A stretch of DNA of 64,000 nt from Nemertoderma westbladi (Eukaryota > Animalia > Xenacoelomorpha), in contig JAUCBJ010000533.1 in the NCBI GenBank assembly GCA_032718475.1, forward strand, positions 62,001-126,000. The letters are read 5' to 3'. The notes under the pieces are model-generated. The model ran no database searches, had not been told where the DNA came from, and worked only from the letters and a program-made list of their open reading frames with translations. Below, piece after piece: positions 37,710-48,522 of this stretch; position 1 is the stretch's first letter; each line of letters begins with the position of its first letter. Position numbers and translations under genes: made by a program.

Positions 37710-39310
37710 TGTTCGCGGTATTTCAACTTTCCATAACGCGAGTTGAATATTTTTGTATTTATTTAAAATTGATTATTCCGATATTACTACTGGGTGCGGG
37801 ACCATGGGTTTTGGGCACATTCAATAAACTGGGGGCGATTTATGGGCGAACTTTGGGGCAACTTACAGGGTACGGGAATAATTTCATAGTTATAAGGGCC
37901 AGGGGGGGATGGAAAATGCAAGCAGTATTCAGGTTAGCCTGAGTACTATTAGGCCCTGGCCAACTTCCTGCTGCCTGTAGGGGTGGATTTGGTAATGTGC
38001 CAGGCCTAAAGGACAAGGACTGCCCTTAGCGGTCCCTGGCCAACAGCAGCCATTACGAGACTGAAAAGAACTCGGACCGCTGACTGCTTGTGTCAGGGAT
38101 TTGCGACGGGAAACGACGGCCCCTTAGTAGCCAAGCCGTTCTGGTTCTCGATGATCGAACCCTTCGGGGTTCGTGAGGGGTGGAGCGGACACGCGAACGG
38201 GTGGCCAACTAACGACTGCCCCCTGAGCTAAGCCGTACTGGTTCTCGATGACCGATCCCTTCGGGGTTCGCGAGGGGTGGGACGGACATGCGAAAGGGCT
38301 GGCCACAGGACGGGTTCGACGAGGACTGCCCTTAGCGGTCTCTGGTCAACGGCAGCTATTACGAGACTGAAAAGAACTCGGAACGCTGACTGCTTGTACC
38401 GGGATCTGCGACGGGAACCGACGACAGACCCCTTAGCCAAGCCGTACTGGTTCTCGATGATCGTTCCCTTCGGGGTTCATGAGGGGTGGAATGGACATGC
38501 GATGGGGTCGAAAGACAAAGGACTAGACTCTACTGGCCTACCGACTGTTCGGAGCAGTTTCTCGGCTGCCGAAGCGACTACGAGCCTGAAAGGGACTCGG
38601 AAAGCCTAGGTGGTTGGGTTTCTGCGATGAACCGACGGACCCCTAGCCAAGCCGTTCTGGTTCTCGATGATCGAACCCTTCGGGGTTCGTGAGGGGTGGA
38701 ACGGACACGCGAACGGGTCCACCGACACGACAGACTCCTAGCCAAGCCGTACTGGTTCTCGATGACCGATCCCTTCGGGGTTCGAGAGGGGTGGTACGGA
38801 TACGCGACAGAGTCTACCGACTGGACCAACCCTTAGCCAAGCCGTGCTGGTTCTCGATGATCGTTCCCTTCGGGGTTCGTGAGGGGTGGAACGGACACGC
38901 GACAGGGTCGACCGACACCGACACTACGGCACTAATACTAGGACCGAGGGAAAATCTGGGGAACATTAGGTAGGCTAAAATCTGAGCGAACAGTGGGTAA
39001 TTAAATAATATACCGTAGGGATTTATATTATCGTGTATAATTATTGTGAATATTTGGTGTATATTGATTTGGGGAAGCCCAAAATTATTCTTAATCAAGT
39101 TTCAATGATGTTGAACGGGTTTCAACTATAGGAAGTTACATTAAAGAGTATATCCAACTAATGCAGCTTTTTATCAACCGCAAACTTGCATCTCAGAAAA
39201 CATTCCCTCCCCTCAATCAATATCCGGTGACTGGCCGGGGCTCGGTGGTCTGTTAAGTCACGTCTCCAGCATCGGCGTTTTTCCCCCCTGGTGTAGGGAT
39301 AACGGCAACA
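37710..39310 (+). repeat. 3' LTR (1601 bp, full length)
   Basis: TGTTCGCGG...CGGCAACA followed by the TSD CGCTG. Confidence 0.95.
38018..38910 (+). ncRNA. putative cis-acting structured RNA array in the LTR (6 K-turn/UUCG hairpins, 3 GAAA hairpins)
   Basis: Repeated CTC-GAT-GA-Y-stem-CTTCGG-stem-N-GA-GGG and CGAG-ACTGAAAAGAA-CTCG modules, with compensatory changes in the outer stems. Confidence 0.6.
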
Positions 39311-40509
39311 CGCTGAAACGACACCTCAATTGGTAAGTACCTGCATCTCAGGTTATTATAAGCAGCTACAAACTAACAAACAACTTCAAAGTTAGATATT
39401 CATCTCATCGTCAATTAAATCAGCACTACACATATTGCAAATACGTTGTTCCCTAACTATTCCATGCCATCATCCCGTTACTATATTAAGATAACAGTCG
39501 TCGCCTAACTAAAAGATCAGTTAACACATGTAAATAAATATGTTGAGGGTTCAAAAATTTATTTAATATAAAATCAACCTTTTGGGGAAGATGCCACTTC
39601 AGATACACGTAGGTGACACATGAGTTTCAACTTTCAATTAAAAGATAGAACACATTGATGACTATGGTACATAATGTTCTACTGTATCTTACTTTAAATT
39701 TGGTATCTTTCTCATTGACAACCACTCAGGTACTGAAATAAAAATAACAAATAAATATCACATATGAATATTTGTAAAGCACATCATGGTGTCAGTCATC
39801 CCATGTTAGAAGGATAGGTACTAAATGAGAATCAAATTTGAAAATTGTTGAGATTCAATAATGTGTGTAGGGTGCAGTTCATCTGGGTCCCGCCACGGCA
39901 GTCCAGTTTCCAGGTGTATGTATATGTTATGTCATTATGTCATAAAGTGGATGAAAGTTGCACCACACAGTTTCAACTGTTTCGGTATATTTTCCCAATA
40001 ATGAAATCCAGATATTAATACTGTATAGGGGAAAGCAGCACCGCTGGTAGCTAAGCTAGTGATTGCTGCTGCCCGGGGGGGGGGGGGGGGGGGGGGGTGG
40101 TTCTAAATGCCATTTAATTTAGTTAGTACGATTATAAAATATTAATGATACTTAAAGTATTGAGTGTAATATGTCGATATGTACAGTATTAAATAGCAAT
40201 AGGTGACTAATACAGTAGGAATAAGTTAGCATGGCGTACAATTCTTTCTTTAAGGGTGCTCCTTAAGACCTCGTGGTTAAAATAATCTCTCTAAAATCAG
40301 TGAAATCACTCTTAATGCAGCACGGCCATCTCGTCGGCCATCATATGAAGAAGGCCTTGGCTATGATCTCATTCATCTAACATCTAACCATACAGTACTG
40401 TAAAGACAGTAGAACGTTTAAACTTCTAACATGTAAACTTCGGAATAATTTCTTCACTCGGAAGAAAATATGACAATTAGTGCTTCCGAAGTTAGTTGTG
40501 CTCGTCAGT

Positions 40510-42070
40510 AGGTTCTGACAATTTGTCAGCTGAACACTTTATAAACAGCAATTGTGAACGACTTAACTCATAGCATTATTTTTAAGCACGTTTTTAAGCA
40601 ATTTTTGTGCTTAAACACGGTTTTCTAACAAGTGCAATTATCGATAGTATCATATAGTACCGATTATTAAAGATAAGAATTGTGATATAAGCGACAAAGC
40701 GAACTATCGACCAGTTGCCATAGCAACGGCCTTCAGTAAGCTTTTAGAATATATTATTTTATCTCGGATACAAACCCATTTAATATGCAGTGATTATCAG
40801 TATGCTTTCAAACCGAATAGCGGTACAGAATTATGTGTATATACATTAAAAGAAGTAATAGATTATTACCTAGACAACGAGACGCCAGTTTATGTTTGTT
40901 TCTTGGATGCCTCAAAAGCTTTTGATCGAATCGACCACGATAAATTATTCCAGAAATTAATTTCTCGGAACGTTCCCATTTATCTTGTTCGCCTCCTCGC
41001 ATTTTGGTACCGCAATCAGACGTTGAAAGTGAGATGGAGTTCCACATACTCCAAATCATTTACAGTGTCCAATGGCGTCAAGCAAGGTGGAGTGTTGTCT
41101 GGATATTTTTTCAATGTGTACATGGACAACCTATCTTGTAATTTATCTTGTGCTAATGTTGGTTGTATGATTAACGGGCGTAGGATAAACCATTCAATGT
41201 ACGCAGACGATATCAGTTTGATATCAAATTCATTGGTAGGTGTACAGAAACTGATTAACACCTGCGAGGAATATGCTATTTCGCACTCGATTTCTTTCAA
41301 CTTAAAGAAAAGTAAAGTTGTGATATTTTGCCCGAAATCACGAAAAGTAAGCCAAATGGCGCAGGTTTTTCTTTTTGATCGTGTACTTTCTAGAACGAGC
41401 ATGTATACATACTTAGGCCATGTTATTCATGATACACGAGATGACGATTATGATATTAAGAAATTAACTCGAGGTGTTTACGCTCGCGCTAACATGTTAA
41501 TTCGTAAATTTATACGCTGCTCTAATTTAGTGAAAGTGAAACTGTTTCGTGCATTTATAACTCCGCTGTACTGCAATGCTCTCTGGTCACGTAGTAATTA
41601 CTCATCAATTGTTTACAACCGACTTAGAGTAGCGTACAATAACGCAGCACGTAAGCTTTTCTCGATCCCGTTTGGTGCTAGTTTGTCGAATTTCTTCGGT
41701 TGTAAAAATTTACCATGTTTCATTCACATTCGATATAAATCAATTTCCAGTTTACATAGTAGAATTTCTATGTCTAATAATGTAATCATCAATTCAATTA
41801 GTTGCTATACATATTTTCATGGTTCACGAATTAATGATATGTGCGATTCAAGAAATTTGGTTTCATAGTTTATATCCCATTATCCTCCGTTAGTAATTTT
41901 CACTTTATAACTACATATTTATAATTAGTATAAATTATAATATCATATGTGCTGTAGGTAGATAGATCGATGTAGAATAGTTACAAATAGATATGGGCTG
42001 ATTGTTGTTTGTAATATAAATATCATGTTGCCTGGTGTAAATGATAAATAAATAAATAAATAAATAAATA
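40510..42070 (+). mobile_element. 5'-truncated non-LTR retrotransposon (L2/CR1-group-like) RT fragment
   Basis: VPIIKDK..D.SDKANYRPVA, QYAFK, FLDASKAFD, GVKQGGVLS, YADD and YTYLG motifs. Frameshift near 40650. (TAAA)n tail at about 42045-42070. Confidence 0.9.
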
Positions 42071-42289
42071 TCTAAACCATCATGATGTTTAGTAGCCATT
42101 CTCACCACGACGACCTACTGCTGAACTCTAACCTTGTCTTTTGATGATCATGGAGTGGACGTGCGGGTGCGGTTGTTCTTCTGGAAGGTGTTTTGTGGTG
42201 TGGTGTCAGCAAATACTCATCCACCACATTTATATTAAGCACGGCAGTCTAGTCTACCCTCCTGAGCGGATGAGTCTCTAGTCTGCTAG

Positions 42290-43993
42290 ACAAGTCCCTA
42301 AAAGGTGCCACCCTGCTCCATAACGCGGGAAATTCAAATGATTGAAAGACATGTAATTTATACTGCAAAGGCCAAAGGCAGAAAGGGTGGCAGATCAGAT
42401 CTGCCACCTATATTTTGGCGGTAAATTCAAATCTGTTTTAACATTGAATATATGAATAGAGTAAGACTAATGTAATACGGCCTAATGTAATAATGGGCCC
42501 GCATACCCAGTAGTGACCGTGTTTGTATATGTGATGGCAGTTCAGTACAAAATGAACATCATGCAATTTTAATGTGCCCAAAAACCGCCTTTATAAGAAA
42601 CAAGTATAGTATTGTAGGCTGCATTTGTATGTCCGAATTTATGGTTCAGTTTTCAAATAATATAATAGTAAGTGCAATTACAGAATGTTTAGAAGTATTA
42701 GATAACTAGAATTCATGTAAATTTGTATTAAGTTGGACTGTATCTTTGTCGCAATGGTATATTTACAAGTTATTATTGTAAATTTATTTAATTGATTTAA
42801 TTTGGAAGATATTGTCAATAAACATATATATATATATAATTCATTGAATCAGAATAAATTATTTCTTATCGGTTTAACTCACTCATCCGTTGTTGTTGTT
42901 GTTTTATCTATTCTGGGGCTTCGAGCAGCACGTGAACAATTAAGCTGACTGGTTAACTAGTCTGGGACTTCGAGCAGCACGTGAACAACTAAGCTAACTG
43001 GTTAACAAGTCTGGGACTTCGAGCAAAATTTAAAATTGAGGAGGGGGGCGGGTCGGGTGATTTGGCTTAACTTCTATCCCAGTAAAGTATAGAACATTAT
43101 AATCCTAACAATTAATACACTTATACCAAGTATGTTAATAGTGGATTTCAAGTGGATAGATGATAGAAAGACGCAGTGAATTGATATATTTTTGGCGTTT
43201 GATTCAAATTACAGAATTATAATATTTCCATTACAAACTGTACACAGTGTGCTACATAATGTACGTGGGTACGTACTAAAAGGTCAAGGAGCTAGAGCAG
43301 TAGACTTCATACAGTAAACTTCTTACTGTAGTAGTACTTACAGTACTTCTACTGTAATAACAGTTCAGTTTAGTTGTTCACGTGCTGCTCGAAGTCCTAG
43401 ACTAGTTAACCAGTCAGCTTAATTGTTCACGTACTGCTCGAAGTCCCAGACTAGGAAACCAGCCAGTTTAGTTGTTCACGAGCTGCTCGAAGTCCCAGAC
43501 TGGGAAACCAGCCAGTTTAGTTGTTCACGTGCTGCTCGAAGTCCGAGACTAGGAAACCAGCCAGTTTAGTTGTTCACGAGCTGCTCGAAGTCCCAGGCTA
43601 TTTAACCAGTCAGCTTAATTGTTCACGTGCTGCTCGAAGTTCCAGACTAGTTAACCAGTCAGGTTAGTTGTTCACGTGCTGCTCGAAGCCCTAGACTAGT
43701 TAACCAGTCAGCTTAGTTGTTTACATGCTGCTCGAAGCCCCAGAATAGATAAAACAACAACAATAACGGATGAGTGAGTTAAACCGATAAGAAATAATTT
43801 ATTCTGATTCAATGAATTACATTTAGTCTTGCTCTCTTCATGTAGGGTATTCAATGTTAAAACTGATTTGAATTTACCGCCAAAATATAGGTGGCAGATC
43901 TGATCTGCCACCCTTTCTAGTACAAATTACATGTCTTTCAAGCATTTGAATTTCACGCGCTATGGAGCAGGGTGGCACCTTTTAGGGACTTGT
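42290..43993. mobile_element. non-autonomous foldback (Mutator-like) DNA transposon
   Basis: Long TIRs ACAAGTCCCTAAAAGGTGCCACCCTGCTCCATA.../...TATGGAGCAGGGTGGCACCTTTTAGGGACTTGT. 9-bp TSD GTCTGCTAG at 42281-42289 and 43994-44002. Internal tandem repeats lie in opposite orientation in the two arms. Confidence 0.9.
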
Positions 43994-44936
43994 GTCTGCT
44001 AGTGATAAGTTGCACTCTGCGGTTTATCTCACATACGTTCGTTATAAGGCGCCGTGGTAGGCCGACACCCCGAACTTTATCTTTGATACTGTTTGACTTT
44101 CTCTATTCTACAGTTACTGTATGCACATTCTTTGACCGATAACTCTCGGTCCGAGAATTCGGACCCTAAATTCTCAATTCCAGAATTTAGGCCTACGCAT
44201 CGATTTTGTGAAGGCCTACAACTTTAAGACTGTACAGTACAATTAATTTATACGGATCCATTACGGGCCATCATCCAATGCAATTCATTTCGACTCGCGC
44301 AATCATACTGCATTTATTGATACATTGACGTTTTGCGTTAAAAGAGTTGCTAATTTTTTTGCAAAGCGTCTCATTACTCATTTTTTTTCGATTATAAAAT
44401 AGATATAACTGTATAATTAAATGTATTTTATTCCAAAATTGTAACATTACTCAACGCCGATAGTATTAACAGCGAGTTGTTATTTAGCACTTTACAACTT
44501 TGGAGGACATTACAGTATTGAATTGGCCTGTACATTTAGTATTGTATTTGGTGTTATTGTTTACGTGGTAACCCATGACGGCGTTTAAGTAATGGCCACT
44601 AAGGGGACATTACTTAACGCCGTCATTGGATACCACGTAAACAATCGGTGGAAATTTGCCTGACAGCCAGATAGGCCTACTGCATTACCTACCGGTAGGC
44701 GTGGTATAGCTATTAATAACCAGTAGTGCCTAGCTATATTATTATAACATGTCTCCAAACGCCACCATAAATATAAGCTAACTTATTTATAACATAATTT
44801 ATGTAATTTTTACATTTATTTATACAGCAACTAATATAATTTGTGCAGTTTCAATCACTTATAATGTATATGTACAATCACTTCGTAATGTTAAACTTTT
44901 GGAATAAAACTACATACATACTTGTTGCAAAGTACT

Positions 44937-45187
44937 TTACAGTGTTCTGGTCCTCGTGTCTTTATTTTCACTCACTCACTACGTTCGTTCGTATAACAAA
45001 GCCACTGCACTCGGATCATCACACTGTAAAGTGCTACTTTACACACAAGTATGTAAATAGTTATTACAGTGTTCTGATCCTCGTGGCTTTATTTTCACTC
45101 ACTCACTAAACGTTCGTTCGTGTAACAAAGCCACTCGGATCATCACACTGTAAAGTGCTACTTTACACACAAGTATGTAAATAGTTA
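44937..45187. repeat. tandem duplication of about 125 bp
   Basis: TTACAGTGTTCTG...ACACAAGTATGTAAATAGTTA occurs twice. Confidence 0.85.
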
Positions 45188-46211
45188 TTTCATAACTTTT
45201 ATGAAATATCATATCGATCTTGTGTGGGTGCGGCCGAGCCTCAGAGTAACTTAGTAATGTGTGTGGCGTGCGAGGAATTAAGGATTCTAAGTATTTAAGC
45301 AACATAACGGCTGTGTCTCTCGGTAAATGTTTGAAGGCTAATTAACTCGTCAAAACTTGATGAGAATAAACCAAACTGTTATACCGGTATTTACTGTAAA
45401 ATATTTTAATAAAATATTTTATTGACCCACTGTTTACTTTATATTTATTTATATTATTGACTCGCTCGCTGGGCTCGTTCTATTAATAAATGTTCACAGA
45501 CAAGCGGTAAATAAAGAGATTACATCCCCTATAACCGATGTGACAGAATTCAACGGTATATAAAACATATGATACTGTAGGTCGAGACTTTTATGCGGTG
45601 GTAATTTTAATAGTTTGTGAATTTTTATTAAATTGTTCCTACTAAGTATTGATATTTAAAACGAAGTAGTAGGCTACAGTAATTGATAAAAGTTCACAAA
45701 AAACTTTCATTTAAACTAATATTATCGTTATAATTATTTGAATTATATATCCAGTTCTTAATTTACTGTACTCAATTCAATAGTTTCAACAATATCCTTT
45801 TCACATGATATCAGTAACAATGACTCTAAAGTCTTTACTTAGCAGACTTTCCATCATTACATTTTACCGCGATGAGATATCGCACTGCTGCCCGTGGGTT
45901 TTCGTCTCTTCATTTAGTTAACAAATTGACAGATTCACAGATTTGAATAGGGCCTACAGTACATAAGTAGTCAGTTGTCAGTACTACTGTACCAGCAGAC
46001 CAGTATAGTAAAATAATAAATAAATACAGTACTACTGTAGTTATAGTGAAATTAAAACGAAGTTAATACTACAGAAAGGCCTATTACTGTACCATAGGCA
46101 AAGTATTCCTACTTGACTACCAGTATTATAGTTTAATTCAATTTTCCCTCTTTTACTGTTATGAAAATTTTATCCTGTTACAAATGTTACCTGTTACTAA
46201 ATAAATGTTTT

Positions 46212-46848
46212 GTGATAAATGTTTTTCACCCGGGTGATAAATATTTTTAACCCGGGTGATAAATGTTTTTCACCTGGGTGATAAATGTTTTTCACACGGG
46301 TGTTAAATGTTTTTCACCCGGGTGATAAATGATTTTCACCCGGGTGATAAATGTTTTTCACCCGGATGGTAAATATTTTTCAGCCGGGCGATAAATGTTT
46401 TTCACCAGGCCAATAAATGTTTTTCACCCGTGTGATAACTGTTTTTCACCCGGGTGGTGAATGTTTTTCAACCGGGTGATAAACGTTTTTCACCCGGGTG
46501 ATAAATGTTTTTCACAACGGCGATAAATGTTTTTCACCCGTGTGATAGCGTTTTTCACCCGTGTTTTCACTCGGATGGTAAATGTTTTTCAGCCTGGTGA
46601 TAAATGTTTTTCACAACGGCGATAAATGTTTTTCACCCGTGTGATAAATGTTTTTCACGCGGGTGATAAATTGTTTCACCCAGGTGATAAATGTTTTTCA
46701 CCCGGTGGGTGAATGTTTTTCAGCCGTGTGATAAATGTTTTTCACCCGGGTGAAAAAAAGTTTTTCACCCGGGTTGTAAATGTTTTTCAGTCTGGTGATA
46801 AATGTTTTTCACAACGGCGATTAATGTTTTTCACCCGGGTGATAAATA
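46212..46848. repeat. 22-bp minisatellite
   Basis: Consensus GTGATAAATGTTTTTCACCCGG. Unit junctions form the palindrome TCACCCGGGTGA. Confidence 0.95.
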
Positions 46849-47119
46849 TTCTACTACTCCTTTGTTATACTTTATTTTCAAAAGTTGTAACCAGCTTTTC
46901 TGGAATTGGCATGTTTGATTACGTGAAAAATTTGTTTCGTAGTTTTCAAGGAAAGTGCCGCTATTTTTCAAAATAAATTTCAAATTTTCAAATAAGCAAT
47001 GTTTTCATCGTAAAAATTGTTATGATAACAGATGAACAATTATTGCAAAACTAGAAAAACTGTTCCGAATTTTATTATTGCGCACACTACTACTGTAGCT
47101 TTCATTTGAAAAAAAAATT

Positions 47120-48310
47120 TCAAAATGGTTGAAAAATGGCTAAGGAGTAGTGATTTAAAAATGAAAAAATGTCATTCTGAGATAATTGCTTTTAAAATTT
47201 GAACCTTCACTCGCAAAAACTTTCTGCTTTAATTATGTAAAATGTCTAATACGCATACATATCTAGCAACAAGAAAGCACAAAACCATGCTATGTAGTTT
47301 GTTGTGAAAAGTTTTATTTCTGAGGTCTGTGGGGGCGTTCATAAAGTATGTCACGCACTAGGGGGGGAGGGGGGGGGTTAGAGCTTGCGTGACATTTTGT
47401 GACAGAGGGGGGAGGGGGGTGTCGACTTTTGTGACGGTCACGGCGATGTTCTATGCTTTAATGTTAGCTTGGCTTTGACTTTCACACATGTGTAGAAGAG
47501 TGGGTAACTTTAAGGAAAACAATAAACTCAATAACATTGAGTATAATCGATAAATTGAGTAGGACATAGAAGCCATTGACTCCAACACTGTAATACCTGT
47601 TATTAATATAGAATAAGAACACTTGACTTGCCCGTGGGAAAATGTAGATATAGTGATTGAATTTATATTGTATTTTGGCATAACAAACATTGTGTATTAT
47701 TACAATAAAATATTTTTTGTCGGGGCGGGGGGGGGGGGGGGGGGTATTACAAATTGTCTAATGTGACAGAGGGGGGGGGGGGGGGGTCGAGCTTGTGTGA
47801 CACTTTGTGACAGAGGGGGGAGGGGGGGGGGTCAAAAATCGGAAAAATTTGCGTGACATACTTTATGAACGCCCCCTGTTTTCACTTTTAACGAAATCTA
47901 GTTACTAGTCTTAGTCTATGTGTCTGTCTATCGGTCTATTTGACTATCCGACAATCTGACCGTCAAATATAAGAAAATGGCACACCATCTATTTAACACT
48001 TTAGCTATAAGGGTTTTCCTAGTCGCAGAATTCATTATCAATTGTCAGTTTTAACATTTGATGACTTCCAAATTGTCTATCAGGCTGTTGGTTATATTTT
48101 GACGGACAGATAGACAGACATAAATGACGAAGCCAATTCGAATACTGACATCAGAAATGAGGTTACCGGCCACGAAAACCCACAGGGAATTTTTAGACAG
48201 ATACTGTAGTATGCTTTCTATTGCTTTGGAGACATACTGACGGACAGACCGACAGTCCAAACGGACAAACTCTCGATAAGTAAGAGATATCTTGTAAACA
48301 GTTTTCAAAT
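47120..48310 (-). repeat. dispersed repeat copy 2 (inverted relative to 22230-22890), split by a MITE
   Basis: Homology to copy 1 stops at about 47327 and resumes at about 47880 on the other side of the MITE. Confidence 0.8.
47331..47876. mobile_element. MITE, PIF/Harbinger-like
   Basis: Perfect 27-bp TIR GGGGGCGTTCATAAAGTATGTCACGCA, 3-bp TSD TGT and subterminal GTGACA repeats. Confidence 0.85.
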
Positions 48311-48522
48311 CATTACCCCCACCCCCTTAAATAATATTAATTTTACAAATTTCAAATTACAGCTGGACTCAAATTGTAAACTATTTGTATACCAAGATTA
48401 ATTTATTAATTTCATTTTAAATATTGATAACAGAAAGAACAGGATGATAAGTTATTTACCATAAATTATTACAACATGATCAAATTAAATATCATTGAGT
48501 ATTGCTATTGAGATTAACATCT

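Larger units (their letters stand above)
25882..39310 (+). mobile_element. BEL/Pao LTR retrotransposon, 13.4 kb, with an additional ORF
   Basis: TGTT...AACA LTRs at both ends. 5-bp TSD CGCTG at 25877-25881 and 39311-39315. PPT before the 3' LTR. Gag-PR-RT-RH-IN in one frame with BEL-type motifs. Confidence 0.97.

Noticed and set aside
38055-38115. hammerhead ribozyme (CTGAAAAG...GAAAC)
   Set aside because: The core is not CUGANGA, and the stems could not be arranged around a cleavage triplet.
38118-38910. archaeal-type H/ACA guide RNAs (K-turn hairpin followed by ACA)
   Set aside because: ACA/ATA follows each inner stem, but there is no pseudouridylation pocket and the ACA lies inside a larger hairpin.
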